Shown in pieces: positions 34,282 through 43,397 of a stretch of 51,869 bases of DNA (positions within the stretch are counted from its first letter, which is position 1; the number at the start of each line of letters is the position of its first letter). The stretch spans positions 1-51,869 of the forward strand of contig CAZHVX010000001.1 of NCBI GenBank assembly GCA_964536295.1, read 5' to 3'. Below the pieces are notes generated by a model that was given only the letters and a program-made list of their open reading frames with translations, had not been told where the DNA came from and ran no database searches. This DNA is from an uncultured Pseudomonadota bacterium. Lineage in GTDB: Bacteria; UBA10199; CAZHVX01. Made by a program: the position numbers and the translations under genes.

Positions 34282-34652
34282 TTATTATAGATTCATCCGC
34301 CTGGATTGAATTTTTGTCGGGTGGCAAAAAAGCTGGGGTGCTTGAAAAATATTTCAAGCCCTCGAATAAAATAATTATCCCTTCAATTGTTATCTACGAG
34401 GTTTACAAAAAAATCAAATCAGAAAAGGGCGAATCGGAGGCCGTGTTTATAATTGCACAGATGGAAAGGCTTGCGAGTGATGTTGTTGAGATAGATCATC
34501 CATTGGCAGTCCTTGCTGCAGATCTAAGCATACAAAAGAAACTCCCAATGGCAGATGCAATGATATACGCCGTTGCAATCCATTTTGGCGCCACTATAAT
34601 CACATTGGATAAGCACTTCAAAGATTTGGAGTTTGCGAAGTGCTTTGGATAA
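34278..34652 (+). CDS. vapC: PIN-domain ribonuclease toxin VapC
   Basis: Acidic quartet in PIN positions: IIDSS (D6), YEV, MADAMI and TLDKHF. Confidence 0.85.
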   Translation: MIIIDSSAWIEFLSGGKKAGVLEKYFKPSNKIIIPSIVIYEVYKKIKSEKGESEAVFIIAQMERLASDVVEIDHPLAVLAADLSIQKKLPMADAMIYAVAIHFGATIITLDKHFKDLEFAKCFG

Positions 34653-34730
34653 ACACATCTACCAAACCCTTGACTACTTCGCGGAATTACTATAGTTTCT
34701 CGTAAATTATTAGACAAATTTCATTTATTA

Positions 34731-34783
34731 ACCACCAAGACACAAAGACACTAAGCATATTCATTTCTTAGTGACTTAGTGGT
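34731..34783. repeat. Imperfect palindrome (family E: ACCACCAAGACACAAAGACACTAAG ... CTTAGTGACTTAGTGGT) upstream of lysS
   Basis: The inverted arms are visible by eye. Related cacagag/gcacagaac strings occur at 2045-2090 and at the 3' window edge (51826-51869). Confidence 0.5.
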
Positions 34784-34798
34784 GAAAAAGAGGACGGC

Positions 34799-36286
34799 AT
34801 GACACAAGAAGACCAATACATGGTGCAACGTCAGGAAAAGGTAGATGAATTAAGACAAAACGGTATTAATCCATTTCCAAACGACATTAGGCCAGCCAAC
34901 ACAGCTAGCGAAATCCACGCCAATTTCCAGGATACCTCCAAAGAAGATCTTGAAAAGAAGCAGGGGGACAAATTTTCTGTAGCCGGTCGTATAATGGCTA
35001 TTAGGGCCTTCGGAAAAGCGGCCTTCATACAGATACGTGATAATTCAGGTGAGATGCAAATCTTCGTTCAAAAACAACTGCTTGGTGATGAACAGTTCAA
35101 CCTTTACAAGAAGTTTGATATCGGTGATTTTGCCTATTTTAACGGATATCTATTCCTTACTAAAACGAACGAACTTACACTCTGCGCTGAATCCTTAAGG
35201 ATTGTAAATAAAACACTTCGCCAGCTCCCCGAAAAATGGCATGGACTCACAGATATTGAAGCAAGATATCGTCATCGATATGTGGACATGATTGCAAATC
35301 CTACCGTTAAGGAAACATTCATCAAAAGGTCAAAAATCATAAAAGAAATACGCCAGTTTTTCGAGGACAGAGGCTTTTTAGAGGTTGAAACACCTATGAT
35401 GCACCCGATCCCCGGTGGCGCGGCAGCGAAGCCATTCATCACACATCACAATAAATTGCATCGTGATTTATATCTTCGGATAGCACCTGAATTATATCTC
35501 AAGCGTTTATTGGTTGGTGGAATTGAAAAGGTTTTCGAGATCAACAGAAATTTCCGAAATGAAGGAATCTCTATTCAACACAATCCAGAGTTCACGATGT
35601 GTGAATTCTATCAAAGTTACGCAACATTTGAGGACCTCATCAAGATAACAGAGGAACTGCTCTCTACGGTTGCACAAAAGGTTTCAGGGACAACGAAGAT
35701 CACATATCAAGGCCAGGAGATTGACCTGACGCCACCATTTAAGCGTTATAAACTTACCGATTCCTTGATTGAGATTGGTGGCCTGCCAGAGGAGATCCTT
35801 AAATCCAAGGATGCCGCCTTAAGGCACGCCGAAAAGGTTGGAATAAAACTTAAAAGAAAAGATGAAGGTCACGGAGCGATCCTGACAGAGATCTTCGAAT
35901 GTGAGGTTGAATCAAAACTTGTTCAACCAACTTTCATTACGCATTATCCAACAGAGGTATCACCTCTGTCGCGCTTGAATGAAGAAGATCCCTTCTTTGT
36001 TGATCGCTTTGAGTTCTTCATCTACGGACGTGAAATTGCTAACGCTTTTTCTGAGTTAAACGATCCCGTAGATCAGGCGGAGCGTTTTAAAAAACAAGTT
36101 GAGGCCTTGGGACGCGGAGATGATGAGGCCATGCACTATGACGAAGACTTCATTGAGGCACTGGAGTACGGCATGCCACCCGCGGCCGGCGAAGGAATTG
36201 GAATCGACAGAATAGTTATGTTGTTAACTGATTCTGCTTCTATACGTGACATAATTCTTTTTCCACAACTGAAATCAAAGGAATAA
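34799..36286 (+). CDS. lysS: Lysyl-tRNA synthetase, class II
   Basis: N-terminal OB anticodon-binding domain plus class II motifs (FRNEG, GGIGIDR-type GEGIGIDRIVMLL). Confidence 0.95.
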   Translation: MTQEDQYMVQRQEKVDELRQNGINPFPNDIRPANTASEIHANFQDTSKEDLEKKQGDKFSVAGRIMAIRAFGKAAFIQIRDNSGEMQIFVQKQLLGDEQFNLYKKFDIGDFAYFNGYLFLTKTNELTLCAESLRIVNKTLRQLPEKWHGLTDIEARYRHRYVDMIANPTVKETFIKRSKIIKEIRQFFEDRGFLEVETPMMHPIPGGAAAKPFITHHNKLHRDLYLRIAPELYLKRLLVGGIEKVFEINRNFRNEGISIQHNPEFTMCEFYQSYATFEDLIKITEELLSTVAQKVSGTTKITYQGQEIDLTPPFKRYKLTDSLIEIGGLPEEILKSKDAALRHAEKVGIKLKRKDEGHGAILTEIFECEVESKLVQPTFITHYPTEVSPLSRLNEEDPFFVDRFEFFIYGREIANAFSELNDPVDQAERFKKQVEALGRGDDEAMHYDEDFIEALEYGMPPAAGEGIGIDRIVMLLTDSASIRDIILFPQLKSKE

Positions 36287-36318
36287 TGTGGAGTTACCAT
36301 CGTACGAGCGTACAGACT

Positions 36319-37548
36319 ATGAATCCATCATCATTTATTGCCAAAAGATATTTTAAGACACAGGGAAACCAACCCTTTAGCAGGTTTTTAACCTTTGTTG
36401 CCTGCACGGGTGTTGGCCTTGGCGTTGCGGCACTTATTATAGTTCTGTCTGTAATGAACGGTTTCACACTCGATCTCGAAAATAAACTACTGGGTTTTAA
36501 TTCCCATATCACGATCCACACAAACACAGCAGATCAGAAAGAAATTAATTCATTCATAAATGAAATAGACAACCTTGATGGTATAAGAACTGTTACCAAG
36601 ACAATGGAGGGGGAGGCCATCGCCCAATCTGCATTCTGGGGAGACACCTCCGCTATTGGTATCAAGGTGCGAGGGATAGAACCAAGTTTCTTTGGTACAA
36701 TGAAGGCACAATTCTTCATTGGTGAATCTTACGATCAAGGAATGCTACACAGTAAAAAGAACAAGGTCATCCTCGGTCATGAACTTGCCGGAGAATTAGG
36801 CGTTCACCCCGACCTAATGGAAAACGTAAAACTAAGTTATCCATTTGGAGAAATAACTCCTACCGGTGATTTCATCCCTTCATCCAAAGAAGTGGGGCTA
36901 ATTGGAGTATTCAAAAGCGGATTTTTTGAATATGACAGCAAATATGCCTTAATCAATTTACCGGAGGCCAAATCACTATTTGGGCCAATGGCTGAATTCA
37001 CGATACACATCTGGACAAAGAATCAGAACAACTTGTTAAACGTTAAAGAAGCAATACAATACGTTATGAATCCTACATGGAAAATTCATACGTGGGATGA
37101 AACAAATAAAAAACTTTTTTCAGCACTTCGTCTGGAAAGAATTGGAATGTTTGTCGTTCTATCTCTCATCATAATCATTGCCGCATTTAGTATCGTTGGA
37201 ATCATTCTAATGCGAGTTTTTCGTAAACGTAAAGATATCGCAATCCTGCAAACGGTTGGTTTTAATCCAAGAATGATAAGAACGATTTTTTTAACTGAAG
37301 GTGCCTTCATAGGATTAACGGGATCCATAGCCGGGTTAATGGTTGGTTTAATAATAATATTGGCCCTAAAACGATGGCCGATTACATTGCCAGATTCATA
37401 TTATTTAAGTTATTTGCCGGTTAACATTAATCCGGTTTTTATTGGAATCATCGTTTTAATTGGAATTGCTGCAGCGATAATTGCTACCTTGTATCCTGCA
37501 TCGCGAGCAGCAAAAATAAATTTGGTTAGGTTGTTGAGATATGAATGA
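36319..37548 (+). CDS. lolC: Lipoprotein-releasing system permease, LolC/LolE family (first paralog)
   Basis: MacB/FtsX topology: one TM helix, a periplasmic domain, then three TM helices. The N-terminus FIAKRYF...VMNGF is typical. Start moved to the ATG at 36319. Confidence 0.8.
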   Translation: MNPSSFIAKRYFKTQGNQPFSRFLTFVACTGVGLGVAALIIVLSVMNGFTLDLENKLLGFNSHITIHTNTADQKEINSFINEIDNLDGIRTVTKTMEGEAIAQSAFWGDTSAIGIKVRGIEPSFFGTMKAQFFIGESYDQGMLHSKKNKVILGHELAGELGVHPDLMENVKLSYPFGEITPTGDFIPSSKEVGLIGVFKSGFFEYDSKYALINLPEAKSLFGPMAEFTIHIWTKNQNNLLNVKEAIQYVMNPTWKIHTWDETNKKLFSALRLERIGMFVVLSLIIIIAAFSIVGIILMRVFRKRKDIAILQTVGFNPRMIRTIFLTEGAFIGLTGSIAGLMVGLIIILALKRWPITLPDSYYLSYLPVNINPVFIGIIVLIGIAAAIIATLYPASRAAKINLVRLLRYE

Positions 37549-37550
37549 AA

Positions 37551-37630
37551 CTAGAGCTTAGTGCTTAGAATTTAGCTGAGAGGTCTACTATATAGCAAAA
37601 CTCTCAGCTCTCAGCTCTCAGCCAAGCTCT
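37551..37630. repeat. Family B palindromic repeat, copy B4
   Basis: tttaGCTGAGAGgtctactatatagcaaaaCTCTCAGCtCTCAGCtCTCAGC. Ends 15 nt before the GTG of the next gene. Confidence 0.85.
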
Positions 37631-37637
37631 GATTATA

Positions 37638-38867
37638 GTGAATCTTATTTTTACAAAATTCATTAAACCTCGCAAACACAGCACCGTCAGGACTATGTCG
37701 TTTATTTCAATTGTCGGCATTGCCCTTGGGGTTGCTACACTCATCACAAGTTACTCAATTGGAAGGGGATTCGAAAAAGAGTATCACAGGACAATTTTGG
37801 ATTTTAATGCACACATCGTTGTATTAAAACAAAGTGAAATCTCTGATTACAATCAACTCTTCAACGAACTCAAATCAGAAAAATGGCAAGAAAAAGGACT
37901 TGTAGGTGCAACACCTTTTATTTACAGAGAAGGACTAATTGTCCACAATAAAAAAGTTAAAGGCGTTGTCATCAAGGGAATCGATCCTGAAAATCTACCA
38001 TCAGTAAGTAATATCAAGATGGAATTTTTTGATGCCAACAACTCCCTCACAGGTAATTTTGCTAATTCAGATACAGTGCTTGTTGGAAGCGCATTGGCCG
38101 ACTTCATCGGTATAGATGAAGAGAGTTCTTCAATTAATTTACTCACCCCAGGTGGAAGCATCGAAAATGTGTCCGATGCCGACAAATACTTAAAGTTAAA
38201 TGTTGTAGGAACATTTGAAAGCGGACTATACGATTACGATTCTCAATTCATTTTGATGACAAACAAGAGTCTGCAATCTATTTTCAATATGGGTGACAAG
38301 GTTACAGGATTTGAGATCAAACTAGATGACCCAGACAAGGCATTTCTTTTTGGAAGAGAGTTGGCCCATGAGCTTCAGGATTCGACGTACAAGATAACCG
38401 ATTGGTCGGAGCTAAACCGCAATCTCTTTCAGGCGGTCAAATTGGAGAAGCTGGTTTTCACACTCATCATGGGGATAATGGTAATCGTTGCCTCATTCAA
38501 CATTATAGGAACAATCATAATCAGTATAATCGACAAAAGGCGCCAAATTTCGGTACTAAAGGCCCTTGGCACCCCCGTATCCAAACTCATTGTAATATTC
38601 TTGACACAGGGGCTTCTTTTAGGCCTTATAGGGGCTATTTTGGGCCTGATATTGGGCCTTTTTACGATCTGGGGGGTAGGAGCATATCAAATAATTCCTA
38701 TTGATCCTGAGATCTACTTTTTGAATCGTTTACCCGTGGCATTTTCGCCCATAGCATATGCAATGTTATTCATTGCTGCATTTGGTTTGTGCGGAGTGAC
38801 ATCCTACGTTGCCGCCAAAAAAGTAACTGACATGAACATTGTTAACGGACTTGGAAATAATTATTAA
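37638..38867 (+). CDS. lolE: Lipoprotein-releasing system permease, LolC/LolE family (second paralog)
   Basis: Same FtsX-type architecture. GTG start. Confidence 0.75.
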   Translation: MNLIFTKFIKPRKHSTVRTMSFISIVGIALGVATLITSYSIGRGFEKEYHRTILDFNAHIVVLKQSEISDYNQLFNELKSEKWQEKGLVGATPFIYREGLIVHNKKVKGVVIKGIDPENLPSVSNIKMEFFDANNSLTGNFANSDTVLVGSALADFIGIDEESSSINLLTPGGSIENVSDADKYLKLNVVGTFESGLYDYDSQFILMTNKSLQSIFNMGDKVTGFEIKLDDPDKAFLFGRELAHELQDSTYKITDWSELNRNLFQAVKLEKLVFTLIMGIMVIVASFNIIGTIIISIIDKRRQISVLKALGTPVSKLIVIFLTQGLLLGLIGAILGLILGLFTIWGVGAYQIIPIDPEIYFLNRLPVAFSPIAYAMLFIAAFGLCGVTSYVAAKKVTDMNIVNGLGNNY

Positions 38868-38871
38868 CAAA

Positions 38872-39546
38872 ATGATCATCAAAGCCCATAACATAAGCAA
38901 ATCGTATACAACTGACTCACAAAAACTCAACGTTTTAAATGAATTAAGTTTACAGATGGAAAAGGGTGAGTTTTTGGGAATATTTGGCGCATCGGGAACT
39001 GGGAAGTCCACCTTACTTCACATTTTGGGCGGATTAGACGCACCCGACAAAGGACAAGTATTTGTGGATGAGCACAACATCTACTCATTCTCCGATAAAA
39101 AGCTTGCAAAGTTTAGAAATATGGATGTTGGTTTCGTGTTTCAATTTTATCATCTGCTCCCCGAATTTACTGCCCTTGAAAATGTTATGCTGCCTCTTTT
39201 GGTCGCAAATAAATCGAAAAAAGAGGCAAAAGCAATAGCCCAGGAAACGCTGGCCCAGGTGGGCCTTGATGACCGCATGAGTCACTACCCACACGAGCTA
39301 TCTGGTGGAGAACAACAGAGAGTAGCTCTTGCCAGGGCGATTGTTATGAAACCTTCAATCATACTGGCTGATGAACCGACTGGCAATTTAGATCAGGAAA
39401 ATGGAAAAAAAATAATCAACCTACTGCACGATATTAATAAAAAGCATAACATGACTGTAGTCATGGTTACTCACAACCCTGAATTAACAAAAAACATGAC
39501 AAGAATATTGAGACTGAAAGATGGCAAATTACAGCAAATGGTTTAA
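38872..39546 (+). CDS. lolD: Lipoprotein-releasing system ATP-binding protein LolD
   Basis: Walker A GASGTGKST, signature LSGGEQQR and Walker B ILADEPT. Start moved to the ATG at 38872, just after the lolE stop codon. Confidence 0.9.
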   Translation: MIIKAHNISKSYTTDSQKLNVLNELSLQMEKGEFLGIFGASGTGKSTLLHILGGLDAPDKGQVFVDEHNIYSFSDKKLAKFRNMDVGFVFQFYHLLPEFTALENVMLPLLVANKSKKEAKAIAQETLAQVGLDDRMSHYPHELSGGEQQRVALARAIVMKPSIILADEPTGNLDQENGKKIINLLHDINKKHNMTVVMVTHNPELTKNMTRILRLKDGKLQQMV

Positions 39547-41812
39547 ATATATAATTTTGACAATTGTGGTTTTCGCAGGCACATTATCCTTTGCAGGGCC
39601 ATTAAATAAAAATGTCAAAGAGGTCTTAGTTAAGGGAAACCTCGGCACACCCCTTGAGGTTATTGAAGCTAAGATCCACAGTAGGGCTGGCATGCCCTAT
39701 GACAGAGAGACCGTTCATGAGGACATTAAGCGACTCTATAAGCTTGGACACTTTTTGGATATAAAAGTTGATTCGCAGGACGTAGCCGGCGGAGTTACTT
39801 TACTATACATCTTTCTGGAAAAACCAACTATCGCTAAAATATCTTTCAAAAACAATAAGGCAATTAAGAGTGATAAGCTTCGTGAAGAAATCACAGTTCC
39901 ACTTTATTCCCCATTGGATGAGAGAAAACTTAGCGAAACAATCAAGAAAATAAAAGATAAGTACGCAGAAGAGGGCCACTACTTAGCAGAGTTAGACTAC
40001 GAGCTGCATACAGATGAGCAGGGTGATGTTGAACTTATTTTTGATATCAACGAAAATAAAAAAGTTGTCATTAACAAAATTCGTTTTGTTGGAAATAAGA
40101 TTTTTAGTGATAAGGATCTTCGCAATGTAATGAAAACCAAGCAAAAGGATTGGCTCTCTTTTATAACAAGTTCGGGTAAATACAAAACCGAAATACTGGA
40201 CCAAGACATAATGATGCTAACCTTTCACTATTTAACAGAAGGTTATCTAAAGGCCAAGGTTAAGCAACCGATCGTTTCGCTATCGAAGGACAAAAGATAT
40301 CTTTACGTTACCATCTACGTAGAAGAGGGTAAACGCTACAGGTTCGGTGATATAAGCGTTGCAGGAGACATCCTTACAACTGAAGAAGAAATCCAATCAA
40401 TGTTAAACATCAAATCCGATGAATGGTATAATCGTAAAAAGCTAGAAGAAGATATCTACAAGCTAACAAACTTTTACGGCAACATGGGTTATGCCTTCGC
40501 CGACATAAGACCAATAACCAGAAGCAACGATGAAAAATTATTGGCCAATATTTTTATTTACGTAGATAAGGGTCCAAAAATAACAATCGAGAAAATTAAT
40601 ATCAGTGGAAACACCATAACAAGGGATAAAATAATTCGTCGTGAGTTAAAAATTAAGGAGGGGGATCTCTATAGCGCAAGCGCAATGGAGGAAAGCCGGC
40701 GAAAGTTAATGCAACTTGGATATTTCAAGGAAGTAAACTTTTCAACTCCAAGGGGTTCCAGAAATGACACTCTAAATTTAAATATCAATGTTGAAGAACA
40801 ACCCACTGGAAGCTTTAACGTGGGTATAGGCTTCAGTTCCGTTGAAAACTTCATCTTCAATGGCTCCATATCCAAACAAAATTTCTTTGGTTATGGTATT
40901 TCAGGTCAATTTTCAGCAGCATTGTCCTCAAGAAGACAACAATTTATGGTTCAGGCCTATGACCCATACTTTTTGGATAGCAGATGGACGCTGGGTTTAA
41001 TGGCACATAAAACATTGTGGCGATATGAGGATTTCGATCGTGAATCTTACGGTGGAAGCGTAAACGTAGGGCACCATCTATTCGATAACTGTATATTCAA
41101 TGTTGGCTTTGAGGTTGAAGATGTAAAGGTCGAAGACTTCAGCTACTCTGTACCTGATGTTTTCAAGGATAATGCCAGTGGTTTGACAACGGCTTTCAAT
41201 ACAATGTACGCGCGCGATACCAGAAACAACCGCATCTCTCCAACAAAGGGCCTATACAACATGGCCAAGACGGAAGTCGCGCGCGAGGAACTTGGTGGAA
41301 CAAATAACTTCTTCAGGTTCACATTTAAAAACCAGTATTTCCAGCCACTCTTTTGGAAGATTAATCTGAAAACATACAACACAATTGGATACATCAAATC
41401 CCTTGACGATTCTCCAGTTCCCTTGTTCGAAAGATATTTTATGGGTGGTCCAAACAACTTAAGGGGCTTTACACCGCGCTCGGTTGGACCGGCGCTTCGT
41501 ATAGCGGGTTCACCAACCGGAGCCGACTCAAGATTTGTCTATGGTGGAAATAAATATCTACTTTTTGTAGGAGAGTTGGAATTTCCAATTTACGATCCTG
41601 CAGGATTTAAGTTTGTGTATTTTATGGATGCTGGAAATGTATTCGGAGAAGAGGATGGTTTTTCGGTCTCTAACCTAAGATCCGATTACGGTTTTGGATT
41701 GCGTTGGATATCGCCATTTGGCGCATTGCGCTTTGAGTTCGGCTTCCCGTTCTCACCCGCTGAGGGGGAAGATTCGATGGTCTTCAACTTCACAATTGGC
41801 GAGTTCTTTTAA
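39521..41812 (+). CDS. bamA: Outer membrane protein assembly factor BamA
   Basis: Signal peptide, five POTRA-like repeats and an Omp85 barrel ending in the aromatic motif ...FNFTIGEFF. Confidence 0.9.
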   Translation: MANYSKWFKYIILTIVVFAGTLSFAGPLNKNVKEVLVKGNLGTPLEVIEAKIHSRAGMPYDRETVHEDIKRLYKLGHFLDIKVDSQDVAGGVTLLYIFLEKPTIAKISFKNNKAIKSDKLREEITVPLYSPLDERKLSETIKKIKDKYAEEGHYLAELDYELHTDEQGDVELIFDINENKKVVINKIRFVGNKIFSDKDLRNVMKTKQKDWLSFITSSGKYKTEILDQDIMMLTFHYLTEGYLKAKVKQPIVSLSKDKRYLYVTIYVEEGKRYRFGDISVAGDILTTEEEIQSMLNIKSDEWYNRKKLEEDIYKLTNFYGNMGYAFADIRPITRSNDEKLLANIFIYVDKGPKITIEKINISGNTITRDKIIRRELKIKEGDLYSASAMEESRRKLMQLGYFKEVNFSTPRGSRNDTLNLNINVEEQPTGSFNVGIGFSSVENFIFNGSISKQNFFGYGISGQFSAALSSRRQQFMVQAYDPYFLDSRWTLGLMAHKTLWRYEDFDRESYGGSVNVGHHLFDNCIFNVGFEVEDVKVEDFSYSVPDVFKDNASGLTTAFNTMYARDTRNNRISPTKGLYNMAKTEVAREELGGTNNFFRFTFKNQYFQPLFWKINLKTYNTIGYIKSLDDSPVPLFERYFMGGPNNLRGFTPRSVGPALRIAGSPTGADSRFVYGGNKYLLFVGELEFPIYDPAGFKFVYFMDAGNVFGEEDGFSVSNLRSDYGFGLRWISPFGALRFEFGFPFSPAEGEDSMVFNFTIGEFF

Positions 41813-41895
41813 ATAAAATTGGCTTGCAAATAGGCAAATAGCCTATTATAGATGGAAATCATTAAACTTTTCAATTAACCAAAAGGGGTAAAGTT

Positions 41896-42450
41896 ATGAA
41901 AAAACTCACAACACTACTAGTTGCCACTCTGATATTCCTCCTCCCGCTGACTGCTTTGTCGGCAAAGGCAAAGGGCGATGCAGGTAGTGAAATCAAAATC
42001 GGCTATGTAGATATTCAAAAAGCTTTAGACACCGTTGAAGATGGTAAAAAAGCTAAGGATCAGCTTAAAAAGGAATTCGAAACCAAAAAGAAAAAAATCG
42101 ATAAAATGAAAACCGAGGCTGAAAAGCTTCAGGGCGAACTTGAAAAACAAAAACTCATTTTAAGCAATGAGGCATTGCAAACCAAACAGCAGGAACTTCA
42201 AAGGATGGTCGGTGAGCTAAGACAAAACGCAATGCAGTATCAACAGGAGCTTAGTCAAAAAGAAAACGAGGCTGTAAGTTCTATTTTGAAGGAATTTGAG
42301 GCCATCATAACTGAAATTGGAAAGGAAAAGGGCTATTCCTTGATCCTTGAAAAATCCAGAGATCGTCTACTCTATGCTCCGGAAAATTATGACCTAACTG
42401 ATGAACTAATAACCGCCTACAACAAACGCGGAAAGAAAGGTAAAAAATAG
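41896..42450 (+). CDS. skp: Periplasmic chaperone Skp (OmpH family)
   Basis: Signal peptide, the IGYVDIQKAL motif and a long coiled-coil. Lies immediately downstream of bamA. Confidence 0.85.
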   Translation: MKKLTTLLVATLIFLLPLTALSAKAKGDAGSEIKIGYVDIQKALDTVEDGKKAKDQLKKEFETKKKKIDKMKTEAEKLQGELEKQKLILSNEALQTKQQELQRMVGELRQNAMQYQQELSQKENEAVSSILKEFEAIITEIGKEKGYSLILEKSRDRLLYAPENYDLTDELITAYNKRGKKGKK

Positions 42451-42451
42451 C

Positions 42452-43111
42452 ATGATAGACGAACACATCCTTAACATTTTGGTATGCCCAAGGTGTAAGG
42501 GCGAGTTGATGCTCGTCGAGGGTGCAAAGGGCCTTTTGTGTGAAAAATGCCAGTTGAAATATCCCATTAAGGGGGATATTCCGATAATGCTCACAGAAGA
42601 GGCAATTAATATTCAACAAACATCAATTCCGCCAATAATTGAACCTTCTTTATCCACCCAAAAGCCTCATGTTAGGTTTTCCGTTATCTCTGGTCCCGAT
42701 AAAGATCGGACCATGAAACTTGAAATAGGTACATGCACGGCAATAGGAAGAGCGGAGGATGCTATCGAAAAAACGGCCATGTTTAATGTCGATGTGGGCC
42801 TTGCGTTGGATGAGAGCACAAAGGGCCTGATCCAACAATACATTTCAAAACAATTCAGAAAATCCTCCGAAAAAGGAGATTCGGGGCTAGGTGGTTTTAA
42901 AAGAACCAACGATTTCCTATTAAAAGACGACGGGGTGTCTAAACTTCATTCGATGGCCTTTTACGATGAAGCGGGCGTGGGGATTCTGGATCTTGTAAGT
43001 AAGAATGGTACATTCATTAATGGTAAAGAAATCGAATCACATCTCTTACAGAAAAACGATGTGATTGAATTAGGCGAAACTAAAATAGTTTTTGAGTCAT
43101 CTGAAGTATGA
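42452..43111 (+). CDS. Fusion of a Trm112/YcaR-like zinc-ribbon domain with an FHA domain
   Basis: The N-terminus ILVCPRCKGEL...LCEKC...YPIKGDIPIML is the Trm112p/DUF343 signature. The C-terminus has GRAEDA ... VSKLHSMAF ... LDLVSKNGTFINGK ... ELGETKIVFE (FHA), with a ~50-aa insert. Confidence 0.7.
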   Translation: MIDEHILNILVCPRCKGELMLVEGAKGLLCEKCQLKYPIKGDIPIMLTEEAINIQQTSIPPIIEPSLSTQKPHVRFSVISGPDKDRTMKLEIGTCTAIGRAEDAIEKTAMFNVDVGLALDESTKGLIQQYISKQFRKSSEKGDSGLGGFKRTNDFLLKDDGVSKLHSMAFYDEAGVGILDLVSKNGTFINGKEIESHLLQKNDVIELGETKIVFESSEV

Positions 43112-43127
43112 AACTATTATGGTAAAA

Positions 43128-43369
43128 CGAAACAGGATTAACGCAGATGAACGCTGATTTTTGTAAATAACATTCGAAACACGAAACAAATTCGAATATC
43201 TAAATTCGAATGTTCAAAACTCGTGTTTCAGTTTTGGGTAATTCGAATTTCGAGCTTGTTTCGAGTTTCGGGATTCGGATTTTGGATTTAAAAAGAAGCA
43301 TCCGTGTTTATCAGCGTTTATCCCCCGCCTGCCATCCTAAAAAGAAATATGATGGCGGGCAGGTGTTTC
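43128..43369. repeat. Composite family C element (copy C4) joined to the family D hairpin
   Basis: The left end is the exact reverse complement of the right end of C5. The TTCGAA-rich core resembles that of C3. The hairpin CCGCCTGCCATC...GATGGCGGGCAGG (43324-43363) is repeated at the window start. Confidence 0.85.
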
Positions 43370-43397
43370 AAATTAAATTGTTTTGGAGGGAAACACA

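Noticed and set aside
34653-34730. Possible lysS promoter TTGACT-15-TATAGT at about 34668-34694
   Set aside because: The 15-nt spacer is too short for a confident sigma70 call, so it is not reported as a feature.
16249-37630. Whether the repeated GCTGAGAG/CTCAGC or other units form a CRISPR array
   Set aside because: The copies are dispersed singly across the window and are palindromic, not regularly spaced direct repeats with unique spacers. No cas genes are present.
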